Source: Thermodesulfobacteriota bacterium (lineage in GTDB: Bacteria > Desulfobacterota_D > UBA1144 > Nemesobacterales > UBA2774). From it: a stretch of 64,000 bases of DNA. A program made the position numbers and the translations under genes. The DNA is taken from contig OZ244197.1 in assembly GCA_965216785.1 (NCBI GenBank), positions 448,001 to 512,000 on the forward strand. The letters are read 5' to 3'. Under the pieces are notes generated by a model. That model was not told the origin of the DNA. It did not search any database and saw only the letters and a list, made by a program, of their open reading frames with translations. Positions 48,622 through 57,966 of this stretch are shown here, in pieces; positions within the stretch are counted from its first letter, which is position 1; the number at the start of each line of letters is the position of its first letter.

Positions 48622-49281
48622 GTGAGTAAATCAAAGAGAATTAATACTTTTTACAAAGAGCTCTACAAGCGCTACGGACCACAGAGCTGGTGGCCCGGAG
48701 ACTCTGCGCTCGAGTGCATTCTAGGCGCTGTGCTTACTCAGAATACCTCCTGGACCAATGCCGAAAAAGCAATTTCTAACCTTAAAAAAGGGAACATTAT
48801 CAATATTGATAAATTGGCCTCTGTACGCACAGAGGAACTCGCCTCCCTCATCCGCCCCTCTGGGTACTACAACCAGAAGGCGCTGAAGATAAAGCACTTT
48901 ATTTCCTTCGTAGTTGAAAATTATGATGGGGACCTGGAGAGAATGTTCGAGGAACAAACCAATAAGCTGAGAAATATGCTCCTGACTATAAAAGGGATAG
49001 GCCCTGAGACTGCGGATACTATTTTGCTTTACGCGGCTCAAAAGCCCGTCTTTGTCATAGACGCATATACATACCGCGTGCTTTCAAGACACGGCCTGGT
49101 TCCGGAGCAAACCTCATACGATGAAATGCAGGAATTGTTTATGGATACGCTTTCAGAAGATACAAAAGTATTTAACGAATACCATGCTCTTCTCGTAAGG
49201 GTCGGGAAAGAGCATTGCAGTAAACGCTCGCCCAAATGTGAGGGCTGTCCACTTCAATACGACCCCCACACTATCTTGTAA
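48622..49281 (+). CDS. HhH-GPD endonuclease III-related DNA glycosylase
   Basis: LTQNTSW, IRPSGYY, KGIGPETAD and C-terminal HC...PKCEGCPL. Confidence 0.9.
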   Translation: MSKSKRINTFYKELYKRYGPQSWWPGDSALECILGAVLTQNTSWTNAEKAISNLKKGNIINIDKLASVRTEELASLIRPSGYYNQKALKIKHFISFVVENYDGDLERMFEEQTNKLRNMLLTIKGIGPETADTILLYAAQKPVFVIDAYTYRVLSRHGLVPEQTSYDEMQELFMDTLSEDTKVFNEYHALLVRVGKEHCSKRSPKCEGCPLQYDPHTIL

Positions 49282-49342
49282 TAAGGTGTTATAACATTCA
49301 GCTATTATAAGGATTATTTGTGGAAAATATTGAGACTGCGCT

Positions 49343-49696
49343 TTAGTTAAGCCCGTTTTTCGCTACATCTACTACTGCCTTAAAGCTTTCGGGCTCTCTT
49401 ATGGCCATCTCGGACAGGCTCTTTCTGTCAAGCTCGACACCGGCCTTGATCAACGATCCCATGAACTTGCTGTAGGAAAGACCGTGCGGTCTCACAGCGG
49501 CATTAATCCTTGCAATCCAGAGCTTCCTGAAGTCTCTTTTTCTCTGCCTTCTGTCCCTGTACGCAAAGGCAAGCGCCCTGATTACGGTTTCATTGGCTCT
49601 TCTTATATTGTTCTTTCTTCTGCCCCAGTAGCCCTTAGCCTGTTTTAGCAGCCTCTTTCTTCTCTTCCTGGAAGCAACTCCTCTTTTTATTCTCAT
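49343..49696 (-). CDS. rplT: 50S ribosomal protein L20
   Basis: MRIKRGV...AKGYWG...RDFRKLWIARINAA. Confidence 0.98.
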   Translation of the reverse strand: MRIKRGVASRKRRKRLLKQAKGYWGRRKNNIRRANETVIRALAFAYRDRRQRKRDFRKLWIARINAAVRPHGLSYSKFMGSLIKAGVELDRKSLSEMAIREPESFKAVVDVAKNGLN

Positions 49697-49769
49697 TTCA
49701 TTCTCCCGCTAATATTAAACACAATAAGTGCGTTATTTCTATTAAATTATACCGCTTAAATAACTGGCC

Positions 49770-49973
49770 CTACTTATAAGGCACATAAGTCTTTATTCTT
49801 TTAGCCTCGCTGCCTGTTAAGAATTCAGGCTCGTTCAGCCTTCTTTTACGTTTTCTGTTTTTCTTCACGTTTAAGTGGCTGCCACCGCCCTTTGCTCTTT
49901 TAACTTTACCGGTCCCTGTTAGCTTGAACCTTTTAGCAGCGCTTCTATTCGACTTTACTTTCACTTTTGGCAT
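49770..49973 (-). CDS. rpmI: 50S ribosomal protein L35
   Basis: MPKVKVKSNRSAAKRFKLTGTGK, located between infC and rplT. Alternative start at 49979. Confidence 0.96.
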   Translation of the reverse strand: MPKVKVKSNRSAAKRFKLTGTGKVKRAKGGGSHLNVKKNRKRKRRLNEPEFLTGSEAKRIKTYVPYK

Positions 49974-50529
49974 TTTCATTCCCGCCTTTGAGATTTTTCT
50001 TTGGTGTTATCACCATCGTTAAGTTTTTACCCTCGAGCTTTGGTGGTATGTCCACACCACCCAAGTCAGAAACACGCTCGAGTATTTTATTTGCTAGCAT
50101 TCTTCCGAGGTCAGAATGTACAATTTCCCTTCCCCTGAAGAATATCCGTATCTTAGTTTTATTATCGTCTTCTAAAAACTCCCTTATCCTGTTGATCTTA
50201 ACATCCAGATCGTGATCCCCGATGTTTGGTCTGAACTTAACCTCTTTAAGACCCTGTACTTTTTGTTTTTTGGCCGCCGCCTGCTTTTTCAGTTCATATT
50301 TATACTTACCATAATCCATCATTCTGCAAACCGGCGGGTTTGCGTTGGGAGCGACCTCTACTAGATCAACGCCCCTTTCTTCCGACATGTTAAGAGCTTC
50401 GCGGGTCTGAACCACGCCTAATTGCCCTCCGTCTTCGTCTACGAGTCTAACTTCCCGCGCCCTGATTCTGTTATTAATCCTTACTTCAGGCTCTCTTTGT
50501 CGGGAGCCCCTTCCTTTCATTCTAGCTAT
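49945..50529 (-). CDS. infC: Translation initiation factor IF-3, probable non-canonical AUA start
   Basis: INNRIRAREVRL, DLVEVAPNANPPVC and KEVKFRP. In-frame ATA at 50529 lies about 10 nt after GGAGG and overlaps the thrS TAG. Confidence 0.95.
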   Translation of the reverse strand: MARMKGRGSRQREPEVRINNRIRAREVRLVDEDGGQLGVVQTREALNMSEERGVDLVEVAPNANPPVCRMMDYGKYKYELKKQAAAKKQKVQGLKEVKFRPNIGDHDLDVKINRIREFLEDDNKTKIRIFFRGREIVHSDLGRMLANKILERVSDLGGVDIPPKLEGKNLTMVITPKKNLKGGNENAKSESKVE

Positions 50530-52460
50530 TGCGTTTCTACCTCCCTCCATTTTTCAGGATCAAGCTCATCCTGTATGTGCTTCAAAAACTTATCAACTTT
50601 CATTGAATCCATATTTTTACCGCCGAGCCTTCTGGGTGAAACCGTCTGCTCGGCAACTTCGTTATTTCCGATAACAAGCAGGTAAGGAACTTTCTCTACC
50701 TGCGCTTCCCTTACTTTAAAACCGAGCTTTTCGTTTCTAAAATCTTTTTCGACCCTTATCTTAGCTTCCTTTAATCTCCTGTAAACCTCTTCCCCGTACT
50801 CCACCTGCTCATCCCCTATCGTGGCAATTCTCACCTGCACAGGACTCAGCCATAGTGGAAACGCGCCGCCGTAATGCTCGACCAGCACGCCGAAGAACCT
50901 TTCCATAGATCCAAATATAGCTCTATGGATCATTATAGGCCTGTGGCGGCTGTTGTCATCCCCAACATAGCTCATATCGAAGCGTTCGGGAAGGTTAAAA
51001 TCTACCTGAACTGTAGAGCACTGCCAAGCTCTGCCCAATACGTCCTTAATTTTAAGGTCTATCTTTGGTCCGTAAAAAGCCCCTCCGCCCTCGTCCATAT
51101 CGTACTTTAACCCCTTTGAGTCAAGCGCGTCTTTTAGAGCGTGCGTGGCTTTATCCCAGACTTCCACATCACCGACAAATTTCTCGGGCCGCGTCGAGAG
51201 GTATATCTCAAAATCGTCAAACCCAAAAGTTTTAAGGAATAGGATTGTTAAATCGAGAACGCCGAGAACTTCTTCCGTAATCTGGTCGGGCCTGCAGAAT
51301 ATATGCGCATCGTCCTGTGAAAATCCCCTCACACGAAGCAGCCCGTGAAGCACTCCGGAGCGCTCATAGCGGTATACGGTGCCTATCTCAGCCCAGCGGA
51401 GTGGAAGGTCCCTGTAGCTCCTGATCCGGGTCTGGTAAATCTTTATATGAAACGGGCAGTTCATGGGCTTAATCTGATACTCACTATTCTCAAGCTCCAT
51501 CGAGGGGTACATGTTCTCTCTGTAAAAATCCACGTGCCCGCTTGTTTTCCATAAATCTAAATTTGCGATATGTGGTGTATACAAGAGCTCATAACCGGCC
51601 CGATCATGCTGCTCGCGCCAGAAATCCTCAATTACCCGCCTTACGCGTGAGCCCTTCGGGTGCCAGAGTACAAGCCCAGCCCCCACTTCATCCTGTATAG
51701 AGAACAGGTCAAGCTCTTTACCCACTTTTCTGTGATCTCTTTTTTTCGCTTCCTCTAATTTCTCAAGATACTTTTTTAAATCTTTATTATTCCAAAACGC
51801 CGTGCCGTATATCCTCTGGAGCATCGGCTTTTTCTCGTCCCCTCTCCAGTACGCCCCCGCAATGCTAAGTAGCTTAAAGGATTTTACATCCCCCGTGGAA
51901 GGCGCGTGAGGACCGCGGCAAAGGTCGTGCCACTCTCCCTGCTCGTAAATGGTAATCTGCTCATCAGGCGGGAGGTCATTTACAATCTCGACCTTATAAT
52001 CCTCACCCTCATCGGAAAAAGTGGAAATGGCCTCGTCCCTGGACACTTTTTTCCTGGTAAGAGGCTTTTTTTGCGAGACAATCTCTTTCATCTTAGCTTC
52101 GATTTGCTCCAGGTCCTCCGGAGTGAATCCGCGCGAGTAATCAAAGTCGTAATAAAACCCATTCTCAATTACTGGGCCTATGGTAACTTTGGCATCGGGG
52201 AATATTTCCTGCACCGCTTCTGCCATCACGTGGGCAGCAGTGTGCCTGATGAGCCCCAGCCCTTCTTCCGAGCCTGCTTTTACAGGCTCTACGGTCGAGT
52301 TCTCATTTACCTCAAACCAAAAATCCACAAGCTCGCCGTTCACCTTTGCGCCTACGGTTCCGCCTGTCTTGCCGAGTGATTCTATTATTTCCCCGACGGC
52401 TGTGCCCTTAGGAAAGGTAGTCTCTTCCCCGCCAGGGAGATTTATCTGGATTTCTTCCAT
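50526..52460 (-). CDS. thrS: Threonine--tRNA ligase
   Basis: TGS domain, RHTAAH, DLCRGPH, KPMNCP, YRYERSG and MIHRAIFGSMERF. Confidence 0.98.
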   Translation of the reverse strand: MEEIQINLPGGEETTFPKGTAVGEIIESLGKTGGTVGAKVNGELVDFWFEVNENSTVEPVKAGSEEGLGLIRHTAAHVMAEAVQEIFPDAKVTIGPVIENGFYYDFDYSRGFTPEDLEQIEAKMKEIVSQKKPLTRKKVSRDEAISTFSDEGEDYKVEIVNDLPPDEQITIYEQGEWHDLCRGPHAPSTGDVKSFKLLSIAGAYWRGDEKKPMLQRIYGTAFWNNKDLKKYLEKLEEAKKRDHRKVGKELDLFSIQDEVGAGLVLWHPKGSRVRRVIEDFWREQHDRAGYELLYTPHIANLDLWKTSGHVDFYRENMYPSMELENSEYQIKPMNCPFHIKIYQTRIRSYRDLPLRWAEIGTVYRYERSGVLHGLLRVRGFSQDDAHIFCRPDQITEEVLGVLDLTILFLKTFGFDDFEIYLSTRPEKFVGDVEVWDKATHALKDALDSKGLKYDMDEGGGAFYGPKIDLKIKDVLGRAWQCSTVQVDFNLPERFDMSYVGDDNSRHRPIMIHRAIFGSMERFFGVLVEHYGGAFPLWLSPVQVRIATIGDEQVEYGEEVYRRLKEAKIRVEKDFRNEKLGFKVREAQVEKVPYLLVIGNNEVAEQTVSPRRLGGKNMDSMKVDKFLKHIQDELDPEKWREVETQ

Positions 52461-52476
52461 GTTAGTATTTTGTAAG

Positions 52477-52551
52477 TGGTGAGCACGACTGGATTTGAAC
52501 CAGCGACCTCTTGCGTGTCAAGCAAGCGCTCTCCCCCTGAGCTACGCGCTC
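52477..52551 (-). tRNA. tRNA-Val(GAC)
   Basis: Reverse complement folds as a cloverleaf with anticodon arm CTTGC-TT-GAC-AC-GCAAG, T-loop GTTCAAATC and encoded CCA. Confidence 0.95.
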
Positions 52552-52687
52552 TTATTTATTAAAACGTTTAAGTTTCTTATATAAATTGTACCCTGTCAAG
52601 ATAATAATTCTATGGGTCTAAATGCGGTTTTATTGCTATGGATATAAAACCTTGGTAACCTAAAGCTATCTTAGCTTAAAAACAGAT

Positions 52688-52761
52688 TGGGCCGTCGTCT
52701 AATGGTAGGACCCTGGCCTTTGACGCCAGTTGTAGAGGTTCGAATCCTCTCGGCCCAGCCA
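52688..52761 (+). tRNA. tRNA-Gln(TTG)
   Basis: Acceptor TGGGCCG/CGGCCCA, anticodon arm CTGGC-CT-TTG-AC-GCCAG, GTTCGAATC and encoded CCA. Confidence 0.95.
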
Positions 52762-52825
52762 ATTTTTCTGCTATAAAACTCCTCATCCATCCTTATATCA
52801 GTAACATAATGATCATTGCGCCAAC

Positions 52826-53713
52826 TCATATCATTTCATCAATTTTCTTACATAACCTTACAAACTCATGCTCCTTTTTCAGATCCAGCAAATCAGTAAA
52901 CTTCTTTTTCAGTGGTTTTCCTCTCCACTCAAAGTACCCGTTGTACATATCGTCATTATCCGAAAGTTCGAGCAGATAATCAGCCAGATCCTGAGGATTG
53001 TCCCACTTTGACGCATCGATAAAGCACTTTTCCCCGGGAGAGTAATCATCTATATTGGGAGCGCCCAGATAGACCGGAACTGAGCCGGCGATTAAAGGCT
53101 CATAGAATTTTTCAGTGACATAGTCCCGCGCTACGGCATTTTCAAAAGCCAGAGTGAACTTATAAGTAGACATAGCGTCTAATTTGCTATGCAACCCCTC
53201 ATCGCTCTGAAGAGATTTGGTATTGAGCACTTGGCCGTATGAGTGAACTTTAAGTCGTCCCATCAATTGCATTAGCAACTGGACTCTCCCGCTTTTATTT
53301 TTATTGCTCGATATAAAAGCGTCAACCGTGTTTCCGGGGGGTTTTTCAGATACCGGGCGCTTAATTAATTCAATGAAGTTTTGGAGTGCGTACGGAGTAA
53401 AAACATCCGATTCGGGATTATATGTCATAGTAAGATCAAAATGATCCATAAACACGGGATCGGCCATTTGAGGATAATGCGCTTCACATTCCATAGACCA
53501 CGCAACCCATAATTGCCCTTTGTTTTTAAGTAGTTTTCTATGTGTAATAAAATCGGAAGGAAGAGAGGGTATATGAAAAACTACTGCTACCGCTTGCTCC
53601 ATCATGCTCCGGTCAGTTGTTATAACGTACCCTTGTGGTAAATCCTCCTCAGGGTAGTTTAGCGGTTCGTTCCACATTTTGTTGTAAAAAAGTATTACTT
53701 TACGATTATCCAT
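52826..53713 (-). CDS. Glycosyltransferase family 10 (alpha-1,3/4-fucosyltransferase-like)
   Basis: GT10 signature YKFTLAFEN...DYVTEKF...GSVPVYLG; N-domain AVVFH, WSME and FDLTMTY. Confidence 0.9.
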   Translation of the reverse strand: MDNRKVILFYNKMWNEPLNYPEEDLPQGYVITTDRSMMEQAVAVVFHIPSLPSDFITHRKLLKNKGQLWVAWSMECEAHYPQMADPVFMDHFDLTMTYNPESDVFTPYALQNFIELIKRPVSEKPPGNTVDAFISSNKNKSGRVQLLMQLMGRLKVHSYGQVLNTKSLQSDEGLHSKLDAMSTYKFTLAFENAVARDYVTEKFYEPLIAGSVPVYLGAPNIDDYSPGEKCFIDASKWDNPQDLADYLLELSDNDDMYNGYFEWRGKPLKKKFTDLLDLKKEHEFVRLCKKIDEMI

Positions 53714-53888
53714 AACAATTCTTCAGAATCATATCCTAATTTTTATACATATCAGGTTTCTATTCTAAATTAGCCGGGTACTTTTTAGGGTATCTTGTCA
53801 AAACTGATTAATCCATGTCTAAACTGAGGTGAACATTAAGGCTGCTCACTACTAAATATCACATATCACAAAGGTAAAAGATAAAAGA

Positions 53889-56063
53889 ATGAACACTACA
53901 GACAATCTAAATCCGGCGCAAAAAGAGGCCGTAACGCACGGCAAAGGACCTCTGCTTGTCCTTGCCGGCGCGGGCTCGGGTAAAACTAAAATAATCACCG
54001 AGCGAATAGCTCACCTGGTAGGAGCAAAAAATATTGCGCCGAGAAACATCCTGGCCGTAACCTTTACAAACAAAGCGGCAAACGAAATGAAAGGGCGCAT
54101 TAACGGGCTTATAGGTGAGGACGCGCGTAGCCTATGGATCGGCACTTTTCACTCTGTTTGTCTAAGGGTTCTTAAGAGAGAGATAACAAACTTAGAAGGC
54201 TTTGGAAGAGATTTCACCATATACGACGATGCAGACCAAATAAAGCTCATTAAGCAATGTATGGCAGAGCTCGATATAAGCGACCGAACTTATACTCCTA
54301 GGTCAATACGCTCCAAGATAGACGGAGCAAAAAATAAAGGGCTCGGTCCGGAGGAGCTTAAGGCGGACGTATACGAGGAGACTGTATCAAAAGTTTACGA
54401 TCTTTATGAACAAGAGCTTCGGAAAGCAAACGCACTTGATTTCAGTGACCTGCTTCATGTGACAGTAAGGCTATTCACAGAGAAAGCGGATGTGCTTAAG
54501 AGATACCAGACGCTTTTTCAGTACATACTCGTGGACGAGTACCAGGACACAAACCCCGTTCAGTATAAAATCGTAGAGCTTCTATCAAAGAAACACAAAA
54601 ATCTATTCGTCGTAGGCGACGACAACCAATCGATTTACGGCTGGAGAGGGGCCGATATTACAAACATACTCGACTTCGAGAAGGACTTTCCCGATACAAA
54701 GATCATAAAGCTCGAGAGAAATTACCGCTCGACAAAAACTATACTTGAGGCTTCAAATAAGCTTATCTCCTATAACAAACACCGGCACGAAAAAGAGCTT
54801 TGGTCCGAAAACGGCCTAGGTGAGCCGATTTCTTATTACCTTGCCCGAAACGAAAAAGACGAAGCAAAGTACGTGGGCACACAGATACAGCTCGAGGCCG
54901 CGAAAAAAGAATACGCGCATAAAGATATAGCTATATTTTACAGGACCAATACTCAATCGCGTCAAATTGAGGAGGAGCTACTATACCGCTCTATACCTTA
55001 CAGAATCGTGGGCGGAATCGGCTTCTATCAGAGAGCCGAGGTAAAGGATGTATTGGCATATTTGAGAGTAATTGCAAACCCTCAAGACGAAATGAGCCTT
55101 AGGCGAATTATAAACGTGCCGGCAAGGGGAATAGGCAAAGGAACAATTGAGAAGCTTGAAGAAATAGCAGCTAAAAACAGCGTTTCGCTGTTTGACGCTT
55201 TGGGATTGGCGGCAGGGGATAGTACTATCCCTAAAGGCACTTCCGCAAAGTTAGATAAATTTCATAAATTGACAACAGGGCTCATTTCTTTCTCAGAGTG
55301 TAACGGCATAGGCGAGCTCATCGACCATGTACTTCAAAAGACTGGGTACCTCGACATACTCGAGCGTGAGCCCGAAAGGCGCGAAAACGTAGGTGAGCTT
55401 TTTAATATTGCGGCTGAATTTGAAAAAGAAGGAGATAAACAAGATATTCCGGAGCGTGAAGAAGGGAATACTGAGCTGAACGAATTCCTAGACCGGGTTT
55501 CGCTCGCGAGCGATCTCGATACTTATAACGAGAATACCGATCAAGTAGCGCTCATGACACTCCATTCTGCAAAGGGTCTCGAGTTCCCGGTGACATTTAT
55601 TATCGGTTTAGAGGAAAACCTGCTTCCTCATTTTAACTCTATAAGAGAAGGAGAAATAGAGGAGGAACGCAGACTCCTCTACGTGGGACTCACGAGAGCA
55701 AAGGAAAAGATATATCTCACGAGCTCCTCCAGAAGGCTCGTATTCGGCAAGGAAGAAACCCCTTCACCTTCGAGATTCCTATCTGAAATTCCGGAAGAAT
55801 TTATTAACGCTCATGTACATCAGGGCGGTCTCAACAGGACCGTTACGGAGAGAGCTAAAAGATCCACTCTACCGCGCAAGGCGTCCGTGAAAAAGAGCGG
55901 CAACGGTAAGAGTTATAAAGCGGGACAGCAGATAGAGCACAGCAAATTCGGCCTCGGCACGATCAGAAAAGTAGACGGCAGCGGGAACGACGCCAAGGTT
56001 ACAGTGCACTTCGCCCGCTACGGGACTAAAAAAATCATTGCGAGCTACCTGGAGAAAAAATAG
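53889..56063 (+). CDS. pcrA: UvrD/PcrA ATP-dependent DNA helicase
   Basis: LAGAGSGKT, TFTNKAA, VDEYQDTN, VGDDNQSIYGWRGA, TLHSAKGLEF and a C-terminal Tudor-like HSKFG. Confidence 0.93.
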   Translation: MNTTDNLNPAQKEAVTHGKGPLLVLAGAGSGKTKIITERIAHLVGAKNIAPRNILAVTFTNKAANEMKGRINGLIGEDARSLWIGTFHSVCLRVLKREITNLEGFGRDFTIYDDADQIKLIKQCMAELDISDRTYTPRSIRSKIDGAKNKGLGPEELKADVYEETVSKVYDLYEQELRKANALDFSDLLHVTVRLFTEKADVLKRYQTLFQYILVDEYQDTNPVQYKIVELLSKKHKNLFVVGDDNQSIYGWRGADITNILDFEKDFPDTKIIKLERNYRSTKTILEASNKLISYNKHRHEKELWSENGLGEPISYYLARNEKDEAKYVGTQIQLEAAKKEYAHKDIAIFYRTNTQSRQIEEELLYRSIPYRIVGGIGFYQRAEVKDVLAYLRVIANPQDEMSLRRIINVPARGIGKGTIEKLEEIAAKNSVSLFDALGLAAGDSTIPKGTSAKLDKFHKLTTGLISFSECNGIGELIDHVLQKTGYLDILEREPERRENVGELFNIAAEFEKEGDKQDIPEREEGNTELNEFLDRVSLASDLDTYNENTDQVALMTLHSAKGLEFPVTFIIGLEENLLPHFNSIREGEIEEERRLLYVGLTRAKEKIYLTSSSRRLVFGKEETPSPSRFLSEIPEEFINAHVHQGGLNRTVTERAKRSTLPRKASVKKSGNGKSYKAGQQIEHSKFGLGTIRKVDGSGNDAKVTVHFARYGTKKIIASYLEKK

Positions 56064-56099
56064 CTAGTTGAGACATGAAGAAACCGCCCCGGTCAATCC

Positions 56100-57548
56100 C
56101 TAAGATGAACAGCTAATCACAAGGTTCGCGCCTTCGGGTGAAGGCTCTGCATATTCTTCATACTGCAGCTGTTCGGAATACGGTTTCCTGAGGATATTAT
56201 GTAGACGCTCTATTTCCGAGTAATCATGCTCGTCCACGGCTTTTCTAATGGCTTTCTCCGCAAGGGAGTTTCTGAGTACAAATTTCGGGTTGAGCATGTC
56301 CATTAGTTTCTTGCGCTCAATATCATTACTGTTTTCATCTTTCAAACGCGCCTTGTATATCTGTACCCAATCGCGGAATGCACCCGAGTCAAACGTGCTA
56401 CCGGCCCCATCTTCCGTTGAGAAATCGCTGAGCACTCTGAAAGTATTCGTATAGTCAGCTTTTTCGTCCCGCATAATTTGGAGAAGATTCTTAATCAGTT
56501 CCCCGTCATTTTTTTGTGATGTATTGAGCCCGAGCTTTTCACTCATCATTTTAAGATAGTTCAGGGAATAGCCGTTTTTGAAAGCGCTGAGCGCTTCCTG
56601 CGCTTCTTCCCTCGGCACAAGAGATTCGAGAGAGCTTGCGAATTTACTCAAATTCCAAAACGCTATACCCGGTTGGTTCTCAAATGAGTATCTACTGAAA
56701 TGGTCCGAGTGATTGGGCGTATATTCTGGGTCGTACTCCTCCATAAACCCGAACGGGCCGTAATCGATCGTAAGCCCCAGCACGGACATATTGTCCGTAT
56801 TCATCACGCCGTGGGTAAAACCCGCGGCCTGCCACTGCGCGATAAGCCTCGCTGTCCTTTCCACAACTTCAATCAGGAACTTACGATATTTATCGGTCTC
56901 TTCATTAACCTCGGGGAAATGCTGAGAGATTGTATAATCTGCCAGTATTTTGAGCAAATCTTCACGGCCGGTGTAGTGAAACGCTTCAAACGAGCCAAAG
57001 CGCACGTGTGAGGGCGACATCCTGAGCATCATAGCTCCCCTCTCGGTTGTCTCGCGCTCCACCTTTTCATCGCTCCCGATTATACACAGCGCTCTAGTTG
57101 TAGGGATCCCCAGCGCGTGCATAGCCTCTGAGCACAAGTACTCCCTGATCGTAGAGCGGAGCACCGCCCTTCCGTCAAATACGCGTGAATATCGGGTACG
57201 CCCCGAGCCCTTCAGATGAAGGTCCCATTTCTTTCCCTTTTTATTCCTTACCTCCCCCAGCAGGATTGCTCTACCGTCCCCTATGTCCGGGTTGTAGACG
57301 CCGAACTGATGCCCCGTGTAATACATCGCAAGAGGCTCTGAGCCAGGCAATGTCTTTTTACCCGAGAAGTACTCTACAAACTCCGGTGTAAGCGCTTCCT
57401 TGGGATCAAGATCCAAGAGCTCTGCCGCGTCAGTGTTAAAAGCTACCAAATGGGGGTTAAGAAAACCTTTGGGACTTACCAAGTCATAAAAATCTTCAGG
57501 AAGCTTTTTGTAAGTGTTGTCAAAGCTGAGCTCGTGTAATTTTAGCAA
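56100..57548 (-). CDS. selO: Protein adenylyltransferase SelO/YdiU
   Basis: GHQFG, GDGRA, LKGSG, DGRAVLRS, GFTHGVMNTDN, IDYGPFGF and C-terminal CSS. Confidence 0.95.
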   Translation of the reverse strand: MLKLHELSFDNTYKKLPEDFYDLVSPKGFLNPHLVAFNTDAAELLDLDPKEALTPEFVEYFSGKKTLPGSEPLAMYYTGHQFGVYNPDIGDGRAILLGEVRNKKGKKWDLHLKGSGRTRYSRVFDGRAVLRSTIREYLCSEAMHALGIPTTRALCIIGSDEKVERETTERGAMMLRMSPSHVRFGSFEAFHYTGREDLLKILADYTISQHFPEVNEETDKYRKFLIEVVERTARLIAQWQAAGFTHGVMNTDNMSVLGLTIDYGPFGFMEEYDPEYTPNHSDHFSRYSFENQPGIAFWNLSKFASSLESLVPREEAQEALSAFKNGYSLNYLKMMSEKLGLNTSQKNDGELIKNLLQIMRDEKADYTNTFRVLSDFSTEDGAGSTFDSGAFRDWVQIYKARLKDENSNDIERKKLMDMLNPKFVLRNSLAEKAIRKAVDEHDYSEIERLHNILRKPYSEQLQYEEYAEPSPEGANLVISCSS

Positions 57549-57675
57549 TGTCTTCCAAACTCCGGCGCGTTATAGTAATATCCGTATAGTTTACAGCTTA
57601 GAAGCCGGAGCTAAAAACTATATAGGTATGAAAACCGCTTTCAGGAGCTAAAGGGCTTGGTAATATTGCCTCACC

Positions 57676-57966
57676 ATGAAACACAGAAAAAATAAGATAA
57701 AACGCGAGCACGGTATCATTAAGGGTTTAAAAAGGTTTCTTGAGGACAACGTATCCTCGCTCGATTCCGTAGAGGGAATAATACCGGGAGAGATAAAAGT
57801 CGGGAAAACCAAAGGTGAAAATCTGGTTGTGCGCTACAAATATTCGACCATCAGCGGCGCAAAGCTGATGGCACGCAGCGGCAATTCCGTTCAGGAAGTC
57901 TTTGTAATTACAAGTGATGCGGATGAGTTAAAAGAAGCGATTGAGAATTCTCAGCAAGCTAGTTGA
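57676..57966 (+). CDS. Small conserved protein, DUF2103-like
   Basis: KIKREH, IIPGEI and GAKLMARSGNSVQEVF. Confidence 0.75.
   Translation: MKHRKNKIKREHGIIKGLKRFLEDNVSSLDSVEGIIPGEIKVGKTKGENLVVRYKYSTISGAKLMARSGNSVQEVFVITSDADELKEAIENSQQAS

Noticed and set aside
56100-56115. Selenocysteine at the SelO C-terminus
   Set aside because: The gene ends Cys-Ser-Ser followed by TAG, with no in-frame TGA; it is the Cys-type bacterial form.
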